Part shown: positions 10,049 to 20,709 of the stretch, in pieces
Layout: each line of letters opens with the position of its first letter
How positions within the stretch are numbered: position 1 is the first letter of the stretch
NCBI GenBank assembly: GCA_963818475.1
Contig: CAWFSF010000005.1
Location: forward strand, 672,001-736,000
Length of the DNA: 64,000 bases
Direction: 5' to 3'
Source: Nitrospirota bacterium
Lineage (GTDB): Bacteria; Nitrospirota; UBA9217
Made by a program: the position numbers and the translations under genes
Notes under the pieces: generated by a model
Databases searched by the model: none
Told to the model about the DNA's origin: nothing
Seen by the model: only the letters and a program-made list of their open reading frames with translations

Positions 10049-11864
10049 ATGCAACTGCAAGACAGCCCGGCCGATATCCAGCGCAGACTTCCGCTGCTGG
10101 CGGCCTTTGTCATCATCTTCACCCTGGTCCTCTTTGTCCGGCTGTGGTACCTCCAGGCGGTCAAGGGGACGTTCTATCTGGAGCAGGCGGAAAGCAACCG
10201 CATCCGGCCGGTGAAGCTCAGGCCGCCGCGCGGCATCATGTACGACCGCAAAGGCCGTCCCATCGTCGAGAACGCGCTCACCTTCGATATCTCGCTCGTG
10301 CCCGAGGACGCGCCGGACCTTGACGGCCTCGATCCAAAGCCTCGCAGACCACCTCAAGATCAGACCCGAGGACATTCAGGCAGCGCTCGATGAAGCGGCA
10401 CCGATCCGGGGAAAGTATGAGCCGGTCAAGATCGCGGAAGAAGCAGCCTGGGACCAGGTCGCTGTCGTCGAGTCGCACCAGGAGGACCTGCCGGGCGCGC
10501 TCGTTGAACCGGAACACCGCCGCCATTACCCCTACGGGGGACTGGCGTCGCACCAGCTGGGCTATATCGGGAAAATGACCGGGGCGCAGCGCAAGAAGGA
10601 CACGGGAGACATCGGACTGCTGACCGGCCAGGGCGGCCTCGAAAAGATCTATGACAAGCTGCTGCGCGGCGTCGCGGGCAGACGCATGATCCAGGTGAAC
10701 GCGGCAGGCAGGAAGGTCAAGGACCTGGGCATCGAGGAGCCTCAACCCGGGAACGACATCTACCTCACGCTCGACCTCGATGTGCAGCGGGCGGCCGAGG
10801 AGGCGCTCGGCGACCGTGCCGGCGCCGTCGTTGCCATGGACCCGAACTCCGGAGAGCTCATCGCTCTGGCAAGCCACCCCAACTATGATCCGAACCTCTT
10901 CCCGCGGGGCATCTCGCCCAAAGACTGGGTGCGGCTTGCGAACGATCCGATCCATCCGCTCTACAACCGGGCGGTCCAGAGCGTCTACCCGCCGGGCTCG
11001 ATCTTCAAGATCGTGGTTTCGCTGGCAGGGCTCCAGACCGGTGTGATCAAACTTGACGACAGGGTTAACTGCAACGGCTCTCTCAGAAGCGGCAAACACA
11101 CCTTCCGGTGCTGGAAAAAGGGCGGGCATGGTTCGATCTCGTTCCATGACGCGCTCGTCGGGTCCTGCGACGTTTATTTTTACACCATGGGCGAGCGTAT
11201 CGGCTACGACATCATTGCGCAATTCGCGCGGAAGCTGGGGCTCGGGAGACCTGACCGGCATCAAACTCGCTGATGAGAAAGCGGGCAACATTCCGACCAC
11301 GGACGTGGAAGAAACAGCGCACCGGCGAGGCCTGGTACCCGGGCGACACGTACATCAACTCCATCGGCCAGGGCTATGTGCAGGTCAGCCCGATCCAGGC
11401 CTGCCAGATGATCAGCGCCATTGCCAACGGAGGCAAGTTCTTTCAGCCGACCCTGCTGCGGTCAGTCGCGCAACCGGGAGACCGGGATCGTGACGCCGGT
11501 GACGCCCGAGCAGAAGCGGGCGTTCACGATGGACCCCGCAGCCCTTGCCGAGATCAGACGGGCGCTGCTCGGTGTGACGACCGAGTCGAACGGAACGGCC
11601 CACGGTGCTGCGACCCCCTTTGCGTCCGTGGCTGCCAAGACCGGCACGGCGCAGGTCATCGCCCAGAAGGTCGCCGGCAGAAAGCTCTCGGCATCAACGC
11701 AGGACCACGCCTGGCTCGTTGCCTATGCGCCTGCGGATAATCCCCGGATCGCCGTTGCCGTGCTGGTCGAGCACGGGGGCCACGGCGGCGCGGCAGCTGC
11801 ACCGGTGGCCAAAAAAGTAATAGAGGAGTTCATGAAAAATGCTGGACCGACGGTCGCTCGCTAA
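10049..11864 (+). CDS. mrdA: penicillin-binding protein 2 (indels)
   Basis: RGIMYDRKG, YPPGSIFK (SxxK), SCDVYFY, KTGTAQ, DHAW motifs across frames. Confidence 0.93.
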
Positions 11865-12970
11865 TCTCCCCTGGGGCATGGTCGGCCTCATCGCCCTGAT
11901 CGCGCTCATCGGCCTCTCGGCCGTCTACAGCGCGACCTATACGGCAAATGGTCCGTCCACGCTGTTTTACAAGCAGATGATCTGGATCGCGGCAGGCATG
12001 GTCGTCATGTTCCTGATGATGCTGCCGGATTACCATACGGTGGGCGCGCTACGCCTACATCCTCTATGCCGCATCGATCATCATGCTCATCCTCGTCATG
12101 GTCATGGGAAAGACCGGCATGGGCGCCCAGCGGTGGCTCGCCATCGGCCCCTTTGCGTTCCAGCCTTCCGAGCTCGCCAAGCTGGCGCTCACGCTGGCCC
12201 TGGCTCGCTACTTTGCCGAGGACCCGCGCCGCGGCGGATACTCGCTGCAGGACCTCGCGGTCCCGGGCGCCATGGTCCTGGTCCCGCTGCTCTTCGTGCT
12301 GAAGCAGCCCGACCTCGGCACGGCCATGATGCTGCTGCTCACGTCGTCGCTCATGGTCATGATCGCCGGCATCCATCTGCGCTCGGTCATCACGATCGTC
12401 CTGATCGCCGCCGTGGTCGCCGCTTCGGTCTTCCTGGTGCCGCCGGTGCGGGACAAGATCTGGGGATCGCTCAAGCCGTACCAGCAGAACCGGATCAAGG
12501 CCTTCATCGATCCCAGCTCCGACCCGCTCGGCAGCGGCTATCACGCGAACCAGTCGAAGATCGCCGTCGGCTCCGGCCAGATCACGGGCAAGGGCTTCCG
12601 CCAGGGGACCCAGAGCCAGATGGCCTTCCTGCCCGAACGCCACACGGACTTCATCTTTGCCGTGATCTCCGAGGAACACGGCTTCATGGGTTCGGGCCTC
12701 ATGGTCATCCTCTACCTCATCCTGCTGCTCATCGGCGTTGACACGGCCCGGAACGCCAAGGACCGCATGGGCGCCCTGATGGCGGGCGGCATCGTCTCCA
12801 TGATCACGCTCTATGTGTTCATCAACGTCGGCATGTCCGCAGGCATCGTGCCCGTGGTCGGCGTGCCGCTCCCGCTCGTGAGCTACGGCGGCACCTCGGT
12901 CATCACCACCTTCCTTGCCCTCGGATTGCTCTTGAATATCCAGATCCGAAGGTTTATGTTGTTCTACTAA
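11839..12970 (+). CDS. rodA: SEDS protein RodA (one indel)
   Basis: GAQRW, QPSELAK, QPDLGT, FLPERHTDFIF, PLPLVSYGGTS. Confidence 0.93.
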
Positions 12971-12974
12971 AAAT

Positions 12975-13089
12975 CAGGGTACAGCAGGTCAGGGTAGCAG
13001 GGGTCAGGAACTGCGAAAGCATCAGACCCGATCACCTGCCCGTGTACCTTGACTCCACCTGTACCCTGAACCCTGTACCCTGAACCCTG
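12975..13089. repeat. 7-bp periodic inverted-repeat element
   Basis: CAGGGTA/CAGGGGT units on the left; CCTGTAC-CCTGAAC-CCTGTAC-CCTGAAC-CCTG on the right. Confidence 0.75.
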
Positions 13090-13105
13090 CCTCTCAAGGA
13101 GTCCC

Positions 13106-15593
13106 ATGCTCGAAGACTTTCTGCCGCTGGTGACCAAACCGGCACGGTACATCAACAACGAGATCCACAGCGTGCACAAGGACCTTGCGGCCGTGCGGAC
13201 AAAGGTCTGCCTGTTCTTTCCCGATACCTACGAGGTCGGCATGTCGCACCTGGGCCTCAGGATCCTGTACCAGGTCCTGAACAGCAGGGACGACACGGCC
13301 TGCGAGCGCGTCTTTTCTCCCTGGACGGACTACGAGGAGAAGCTCCGCGCATCGGGCAGGCCGCTCACCAGCCTCGAATCGAACCTCCCGCTGGCGGAAT
13401 TCGACATCATCGGCGTCACGCTCCAGTACGAGCTGTCCTACTCCAACATCCTCGTCGGGCTGGAGCTGGGACGGGTCCCTGTCAGGTCCGATGACCGCAC
13501 CGATGACCATCCGATCGTGATCGCCGGCGGGCCCTGCGCCGTGAACCCCATGCCGCTGTCCGCGTTCATCGATGCCTTCTTTATCGGCGAAGCAGAAGAG
13601 GCCATGCACGAGATCGTCGAACTGCGGCAGCAGCATCCGGGCAGGAAAGAGTTCCTTGCGGCGCTGGCAGGTTGCGACGGATTCTACGTGCCGGCCCTCG
13701 GCGCGAAAACCGTAAAGCGGCGCGTGATCCGGGACCTCGAGTCGGCACTTTGGCCTGCACAGCCGCTCATCCCGCTGCTCAAGCCGGTGCACGACCGGGT
13801 CACGGTCGAGGTCGCCCGGGGCTGCATCCGCGGCTGCCGCTTCTGCCAGGCAGGCATCATCTACCGGCCCTACCGCGAGCGGAGCCCGGAGCGCGTCAAG
13901 GACCTTTTGCAGGAATCCATCGAATGCACGGGCTTTGACGAACTGTCGCTGGCATCGCTTTCGACCGGCGACTACTCCGCAATCCAGCCGCTCATGGAGG
14001 ACCTCGTCGCCCGCTACCGGGCAAGCCGGGTCTCGATCTCGCTCCCGTCGCTCCGCATCGGCACGCTCACGCCGGAGATGATCCGCGCCGTGGCCGGCGT
14101 GCGCAAGAGCGGCTTCACCCTGGCGCCCGAAGCAGGCACCGAACGCCTCCGGTGCGTGATCAACAAGCCGCTGGCCGAGCAGGACCTGCTGGACGCCGCT
14201 GCCGTCATCTTCTCGAGCGGCTGGAGCGTGCTGAAGCTGTACTTCATGATCGGCATGCCCACCGAGACCGACGAGGACCTGGACGGGATCATCCGGCTCG
14301 TCACCAACATTTTTGCAGTTGGCAAGCGCGAGTCACGGCGGCACATCCAGATCAATGTCAGCGTCTCGACCTTTGTGCCGAAGCCGCATACGCCCTTCCA
14401 GTGGTTCGGCCAGGCCACGCGCGAAGAGATCAAGGCAAAGCAGGCCTACCTCGAACGGGGGCTCAGAAAAAAAGGCATCGCGCTCAAGCCGCACCATGCG
14501 GAAACGAGCGTGCTCGAAGGCGCTTTCGCGCGCGGCGATGCCGCCATCGGCAGGGTGATCGAAGAAGCGGTCAAGCTTGGCTGCAGGTTCGACGGCTGGA
14601 CCGAGTGTTTCGACTTTAAGAAATGGACCGAGGCGTTTCGGATCTGCGGGCTCGACCCGGCAACGTACGCGAGCCGAAGCTTCGGCCTCGACGAGCAGCT
14701 GCCATGGCAGTTCGTGCAAACAGGTATAACGCAGGAGTTCCTGAAGCGGGAGTACAACCGGGCGATCAAGGCAGAGGTGACGCCGAACTGCCGCGCCAAG
14801 TGCGAAGCCTGCGGCATGGCATGCAAGGACGGCGGCAGGGAGACCTTCGGCAAGCCGGCGAGAACGATCGCCGCACCAATCGTTCGACCGGCAGGAACAG
14901 CGGCCCCGTCGGGCGAAGCGCTGGTCACCAAAATACGGATGCGCTATACCAAGACCGACAGGCTGCGCTTCTTGTCGCACCTCGACCTCATGACGCTCGT
15001 CCAGCGCGCTGCCGTCCGCGCCCATATCCCGCTCGCTTTTTCCCAGGGGTTCAATCCGCACCCCAAGATCGCTTTCGGCCCTGCCTTGCCCGTTGGCATG
15101 GAGAGCGAGACCGAGTACCTCGACATGGAGACCGATGCGGGCATCGATCTGCTTGAGCACGACGAAGGCGCTGAACAACACCCTGCCGCAAGGCATGCGC
15201 ATTCTCGAAATGCGGGTCGTCCCGAAGAAGGCGGCATCCCTCTCCGGCAGCATCGAGCGCTATACCTATGCCGTTGAGGTTCCGGCAGGCTATGCAGAGG
15301 GCCTGGAAGAGCGGGTGCAGGAGTTCCTGTCGAGGACTGCGGTCATCGTGGAAAAGGACGGGAAGCAGAAGGACATCAGACCCTGCATCGAGGCTGTCGC
15401 CGTTACCCTGTCCGAGGGGCCGGCGCTGCTTTCCATCGCGCTTCAGGACCAGGGCCAGATGAAGCCGCGCATTCAGGATGTGATGGAGCAGTTGTTGGGA
15501 ATGAGCAAAGAGCAATTTCTGCTTTTCCGGGTGAAGCGGACCGGTTTATACTGGAAAGAGAACGGCCAATGGCGCGATCCCATGGACGTGTAG
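13106..15593 (+). CDS. TIGR03960-type radical SAM protein fused to TIGR03936/DUF2344 domain (one indel ~15150)
   Basis: KPARY, FPDTYEVGMSHLG, RGCIRGCRFC; C-terminal RFLSHLDLM...FSQGFNPHPKIAFGPALPVG. Confidence 0.9.
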
Positions 15594-15639
15594 GACCGGG
15601 TGAACCCAGAGAATCGTGACACAGAGAAAACCTCTTTTG

Positions 15640-15720
15640 TCCGCAGATTTCCAAGATGGCCGCCGATTTTTAAACCATAATGCTGGTTTGTTTTAAGGTG
15701 AAGTCTGCTAATCTGCGGAT
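15640..15720. repeat. periodic inverted-repeat element (CCGCAGAT type)
   Basis: TCCGCAGATT ... AATCTGCGGA with degenerate inner units. Confidence 0.6.
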
Positions 15721-15916
15721 ACTATATAGACTTGAGAATTTAATCATTTTTTTATATCGGCTGGGATTTATCTCCCGGCCTCTCCTTTCCCTCTCGTTTC
15801 TTATTCTTTATTAGCAAACCCTCTGCCAGATACTGACCTGCCGGTCGCGATGGCTTCCGAGCCTCCTAAAATCGCCAGAAAACTGCCCTCTAGGCACTAA
15901 TTCCTTGTTTTAATTC

Positions 15917-15945
15917 TTGTATTCATTGAAAACCTGTTATAAAAT
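15917..15945 (+). promoter_or_regulatory. sigma70-like promoter for rng
   Basis: TTGTAT-N17-TAAAAT in an AT-rich spacer. Confidence 0.5.
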
Positions 15946-15992
15946 AGTTTTAGAGAAAGATAGTCAGGTAAAAACAACTTCTAGGAGACATC

Positions 15993-17498
15993 ATGCCATC
16001 TGAGATCATCGTAAACGCCGGCCGGGAAGAAACCCGCGTGGCACTTCTGGAGAACGGCCTGGTCACCGAAATATTGATCGACCGCAAGAAGGACCGCGGC
16101 GTTGCAGGGAATGTCTACAAGAGCCGGGTCATGAAGGTCCTGCCCGGCATGCAGGCCGCGTTCGTGGATGTGGGCCTGGAAAAATCAGCGTTCCTCTACG
16201 TGGGAGACGTCTTCGACAGCACGTCGGAATATACCCCCATGATGGAGGACGAAGGACTGGAACTCGAGACCGATACCAAGCGCAAGCGCACCCATGCCAC
16301 GCAGATCGAGGACCTGGTGCAGGAAGGCCAGGAGATCCTCGTCCAGGTCGCCAAGGAGCCGATCAGCACCAAGGGCGCGCGGGTCACGACCTACATCAGC
16401 ATCCCCGGCCGCTACCTGGTCATGATGCCCGGGGTCAATCATATCGGCGTCTCGCGACGCATCGAGAACGGCGAGGAGCGGAAACGGCTGCGCGAGATCG
16501 TGAGCCGGCTGCGGAAACCGCATATGGGCTACATCATCAGGACCGCGAGCCAGGGCCGGAGCGAGGACGAGCTGAACGCGGACATCGAGTTCCTGGCCCG
16601 CTTGTGGGAGACCATCCAGCGCAAAAAAGAACGCGCCTCGGCGCCGGCGCTGCTGCACAACGAGCTTGACCTGGTCTTCCGCGTGGTCCGCGACGTGTTC
16701 ACCCGGGACGTGGACCGGATGGTCATCGACTCTCCCGATGAATACCAGCGCGTCAAGGAATTCGTCGACTCCTACATCCCCGGGCTCGGCAGGCGCGTGA
16801 AGCCCTACGACGGCGACGAGCCCATCTTCAGCCACTACGGCGTCGAGATCGAGATCTCGCGCGCCCTGGGCCGCAAGGTCTGGCTCAAATCGGGCGGCTA
16901 CATCATCATCGACCAGACCGAGGCGCTGACGACCATCGACATCAACACCGGCCGGTACGTGGGCAAGCGCACCCTGGAGGACACGATCCTGAAGACGAAC
17001 CTCGAGGCCGTGCGCGAGATCGCCTACCAGCTCCGGCTCAGGAACATCGGCGGCATCATCATCCTCGACTTCATCGACATGGAGCGCGAGGACAACCGGC
17101 GCAAGGTCTACTCGGCGCTGCAGGAAGCGCTCTCCAGCGACAAGGCAAAGACCACGATCTCGCACATCTCGCCGCTCGGCCTGATCGAGATGACGCGGAA
17201 GCGCATCCGCGAAAGCCTGGGCCGCACGCTCTGCGAGCCCTGCCCCTACTGCGACAACCGGGGCTATGTGAAATCGAGCCGCACCATCTGCTACGAGGTC
17301 TTCCGTGAGATCAGGCGCGCTTTTACCGGCGCTGACGAGAAGAAGGCGCTCGTGACCGTTAATTCCGTGGTGGCCGACATGCTGTACGACGAGGAGCGAA
17401 GCGGCGTGGAGGAGCTTGAGAAGGAATTCCAGAAAAAGATCGTGATCAAGGCAGATCCGAACCTGCACCAGGAGCAGTATGAGGTCGTGATGGTGTAG
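15993..17498 (+). CDS. rng: ribonuclease G (Rne/Rng family)
   Basis: VLPGMQAAFVD, KGARVTT, TIDINTG, GGIIILDFIDM, CPYC; 501 aa with no long RNase E tail. Confidence 0.92.
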   Translation: MPSEIIVNAGREETRVALLENGLVTEILIDRKKDRGVAGNVYKSRVMKVLPGMQAAFVDVGLEKSAFLYVGDVFDSTSEYTPMMEDEGLELETDTKRKRTHATQIEDLVQEGQEILVQVAKEPISTKGARVTTYISIPGRYLVMMPGVNHIGVSRRIENGEERKRLREIVSRLRKPHMGYIIRTASQGRSEDELNADIEFLARLWETIQRKKERASAPALLHNELDLVFRVVRDVFTRDVDRMVIDSPDEYQRVKEFVDSYIPGLGRRVKPYDGDEPIFSHYGVEIEISRALGRKVWLKSGGYIIIDQTEALTTIDINTGRYVGKRTLEDTILKTNLEAVREIAYQLRLRNIGGIIILDFIDMEREDNRRKVYSALQEALSSDKAKTTISHISPLGLIEMTRKRIRESLGRTLCEPCPYCDNRGYVKSSRTICYEVFREIRRAFTGADEKKALVTVNSVVADMLYDEERSGVEELEKEFQKKIVIKADPNLHQEQYEVVMV

Positions 17499-17524
17499 CT
17501 GGGGAAGAACCTGAGAATGTAATA

Positions 17525-17563
17525 AAAAATGCCCTTCTCTAAGCAGAGAACGGGCTTTTTTTA
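17525..17563 (+). terminator. intrinsic terminator
   Basis: GCCCTTCTCT...AGAGAACGGGC followed by a T-tract. Confidence 0.75.
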
Positions 17564-17715
17564 TTGCGCTGCATGATCAAAACAGAAGCAAAAAAGTATG
17601 TCAATAGCTAAAGATTCAAGAACCTCCGCGTTGCATATAGTCGAGGAGAGAATCCTCTTTCGGAATATTCTATCTAAACATTTTGGTTCGCATCTTGAAA
17701 AACCTTCTTATGGAG

Positions 17716-18486
17716 CTAATCCTTTATGACATCATCGATGTTGATCCTGAAATTATAGTCGGGAATAATTGCCCCGTCCACCGCAACAGGCAGAAAGATG
17801 CTCATCGTCTTGCCCTTGAGCGACAGGGCGCTGTCGCTGTCAAGAACGAACAGTGGTTTTGCAACATATCCTTTCTTCTCCCCGGAATACGCTATGGAGT
17901 CCGCCGGCGTGACCGACTCTTGCAGCGTTCCGCCCACCGGTATGGTTTGAGGAGGTACCCGATTGGCCCTGTTCTCCCATTTTATGCCGGAAGGAATGAG
18001 CCGATGCGGTCGGTACATGACATCGGTATAATCGGCTGTTTCCCACAGTATCGTAAGAGGCTTTCGCGTCAGATTGTCGATCTTGAGGTCGATATGCTGG
18101 TCCCGGGGCACTATCGTGACGGCAAGTATTTTGTCCCGATAGGTAAGATCATCGGACCGGACAGGGGCAGCGAGGCTGTATTTAAGGCGGTACTGGGACG
18201 CTTTCTGCAGCCTGATCCTGATGCTGTCACCCTGCACGCTGCTTAACTGGAGCACTATTGGCTTGTAATTCTTGCGGCTTATCAGGACGCGGCTTTGGGC
18301 AGCCACGGCATGGTCTGCCGGAATAGAAATGCTCGCGGGAGAACGGTAGGACGTGCCCGGCGGGTCTCCCCGGCCGATGACTTCAATCTGCGCATCGGGC
18401 GGATCCACGATCAGGGTAAACTGCCTGGATGCGACGCATCCGGATGCTGCGAGGAGAGCTAAGGCAAGGATCACTATTTTTCTCAT
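17716..18486 (-). CDS. hypothetical lipoprotein (PEGA-like N-terminal region)
   Basis: Lipobox LLAASGC, VDPPDAQIEV; RBS AAAGGAG. Confidence 0.7.
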   Translation of the reverse strand: MRKIVILALALLAASGCVASRQFTLIVDPPDAQIEVIGRGDPPGTSYRSPASISIPADHAVAAQSRVLISRKNYKPIVLQLSSVQGDSIRIRLQKASQYRLKYSLAAPVRSDDLTYRDKILAVTIVPRDQHIDLKIDNLTRKPLTILWETADYTDVMYRPHRLIPSGIKWENRANRVPPQTIPVGGTLQESVTPADSIAYSGEKKGYVAKPLFVLDSDSALSLKGKTMSIFLPVAVDGAIIPDYNFRINIDDVIKD

Positions 18487-18528
18487 AACTTCTCCTTTTC
18501 GGCATAGTCCGACATTCAAAGCAGTAAA

Positions 18529-18556
18529 ACTATAGCAGACCGGCGGAATGTGTCAA
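18529..18556 (-). promoter_or_regulatory. sigma70-like promoter
   Basis: TTGACA-N16-TATAGT with extended TG. Confidence 0.55.
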
Positions 18557-18710
18557 ATAGATTTCGAATCGAGTTTAAAAATAAGGTAAGGCGCTCGTTA
18601 CGCGAGCTGTCGTGGCGGGGGCAGCGGTTGCGGAGAAAACGGAATGAACTGTTACACTTCAATTTGGGGTTTCAAAGACTGGGTACTATTTATTCTGGAT
18701 GCCTTCAATC

Positions 18711-18753
18711 AAAAAAAGCGGGGCAACAAGGCTTGCCTTTGTTGCCCCGCTTT
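18711..18753 (-). terminator. intrinsic terminator
   Basis: AAAGCGGGGCAACAA...TTGTTGCCCCGCTTT with an A-tract (T-tract on the minus strand). Confidence 0.8.
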
Positions 18754-18759
18754 GAATGG

Positions 18760-20079
18760 TTAGTTATTATGCGGCACCACGGCAACCGTCGCTGTGGCTG
18801 TGGTGGCATTACCTGCAGCATCCGTAGCCTGATACGTGATCGAGTATGTCCTTCCGTTGCCCTTGGCGGACCGCTCGGCCCGGAGCGAGAGCGTGCCATC
18901 GCCGTTGTCCACGATGTCATTCGCCGTATCCCCGTCGCCGAGCCCGTTATCGGGCTCGCTGCTGGTTACGGACAGGAGCTTCACCTGCGGTGCGGCATCA
19001 GTATCGTCCTTCACTGAAATCGCCGGGGTAACGGTCACCATCTTGTGATTCGGCGGCCAGAGCGTGGCGGGGGAGACAGCGACGCTCAGTTCAGGCGCGA
19101 TTTTATCCACAGGAACAGCCTTGCACGTCGGCTGCGCGATATTGGACCAGCCGGAAGTATTCAACCACTCATCAGCTTTATATCCCGCAGTTACGACTGT
19201 TCCATCCGCTTTGAGACCGACCGAATGAAATCCGCCTGCTGCAACGGCGGTTATATTCGTCCACGAGGAGACATTCAACTGGCCATAGAAATCACTTCCC
19301 TTAGCCGAAACGGTTCCATTCTCTTGAAGCCCGAGCGTATGAAATCCGCCTGCTGCAATGGCTTTCATATTCGTCCACGAGGAGATATCCCGCTGGCCAT
19401 TGCGACTCTGTCCGGCAGTCACGATTGTTCCATCCTCTTTAAGCCCGAGCGTAAAATCTTTGCCTGCTGCAATGGCTTTTATATTCTTCCATAAGGTGGC
19501 ATCGAGATTCCGCTGGCCAGCGCGATTATCACCCGCTGTCACGACCGTTCCATCCTCTTGAAGCCCGACCGTATTATTTCCGCCTGCTGCAATGGCTTTT
19601 ATATTCTTCCATGAGGTGACATCTGTTTGGCCATAGACGTTATTTCCCTTAGCCACGACTGTTCCATTCTCTTGAAGCCCGACCGTATGATCGTAGCCTG
19701 CTGCAATGGCTTTTATATTCTTCCACGAGGTGACATCCAACCGCTCATTGCCGGGATATCCCACAGCCACGACTGTTCCGTCCTCGTGTAGCCCGACTGT
19801 ATGGATCTTGCCTGCTGCAACGGTTTTTATGTTCGTCCACGAGGTGACATTCATCTGGCCAAAGCCATTATCTCCTACAGCCACGACTTTTCCATCTTCT
19901 TTAAGGCCGACCGTATGAGACTCGCCTGCGGCAACTGTCCTCAGATCATAATCCGAACAGGTTGCAGCTTGCGTCTTTTGAGGGCTGATGAACAAAGAGC
20001 AAGAAAGTATCAGCGTAGCAAACACCAAACCATTTAACGATCTTTCCACAATTCCTCGAATCAAGATTCTTTTTATCAT
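18760..20079 (-). CDS. secreted RCC1/BLIP-II-like beta-propeller protein with C-terminal WPPNHKM Ig-like domain
   Basis: Seven ~38-aa repeats (AIAAGxxHTVGLxEDGTVVAxG); C-terminal LWPPNHKMVTV...LRAERSAKGNGRTYSITY. Confidence 0.85.
   Translation of the reverse strand: MIKRILIRGIVERSLNGLVFATLILSCSLFISPQKTQAATCSDYDLRTVAAGESHTVGLKEDGKVVAVGDNGFGQMNVTSWTNIKTVAAGKIHTVGLHEDGTVVAVGYPGNERLDVTSWKNIKAIAAGYDHTVGLQENGTVVAKGNNVYGQTDVTSWKNIKAIAAGGNNTVGLQEDGTVVTAGDNRAGQRNLDATLWKNIKAIAAGKDFTLGLKEDGTIVTAGQSRNGQRDISSWTNMKAIAAGGFHTLGLQENGTVSAKGSDFYGQLNVSSWTNITAVAAGGFHSVGLKADGTVVTAGYKADEWLNTSGWSNIAQPTCKAVPVDKIAPELSVAVSPATLWPPNHKMVTVTPAISVKDDTDAAPQVKLLSVTSSEPDNGLGDGDTANDIVDNGDGTLSLRAERSAKGNGRTYSITYQATDAAGNATTATATVAVVPHNN
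19215..19940 (-). repeat. intragenic 114-bp tandem repeats (7 units, one of 120 bp)
   Basis: CCTGCTGCAA-like anchor at 19235, 19349, 19463, 19583, 19697, 19811, 19925. Confidence 0.85.
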
Positions 20080-20529
20080 AACCCCTCCTTTTTCTTTATT
20101 CGTATTATCGAACACTTACCTCAGGTATCGCAAAAAACTGTGAAGAAAGTAAGAAAGAAAACGCAGTTTCTACCATCCACCTTTAGTATTACTCATTTGC
20201 AGTTATAATTGCAATTTTCGAACCTTTTTTTGCCATATTTATTATCTGGAAAATCAATTAGTTCTTAGAAAGCAGCCTCTAAACTTGTGCCATTTCTTGC
20301 CAGAAGGGTGACATAATGCGGCACTCGAAAAGAAGGCCAGGTAGAGTGGAGCTAAACCCGACAGCTATTCCCGGGTTCGTTTGGAAGGCAGACATTACCG
20401 ACGGAAGAGAATCACAACAGAGGGGATATTCTGTCAAATCTAAATCGCTCCATACTTGTCAATATCAAATGGGTGACACCAATAAACTTTGTGCCGTGGT
20501 CCCAATCCCCATCCGCTCTTTCGTTAGCT

Positions 20530-20625
20530 TTCAGAACGTAGGATAGGACGAAAAGAGCGATCATCGAAAACGCCAAGGCAAGTTTAACGACAGTGCCGAG
20601 GATGATGCCCGCCCAACGAAAAGTT
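20530..20625 (-). pseudogene. remnant C-terminus of a DUF456-like membrane protein
   Basis: GIILGTVVKLALAFSMIALFVLSYVL resembles the DUF456 C-terminus; no N-terminal part is present. Confidence 0.4.
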
Positions 20626-20709
20626 CCGCTGAATAGTCGGCATGAAACACCCCAAAATGTGATTCTATGATGTTTCAACTCAAGCACTCAAGCCTGACCC
20701 AAAACCGTC

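Noticed and set aside
16185-17468. Long antisense ORFs (also 7470..8885, 35967..37034, 59898..61013)
   Set aside because: Shadow ORFs expected opposite high-GC3 genes; they carry no motifs.
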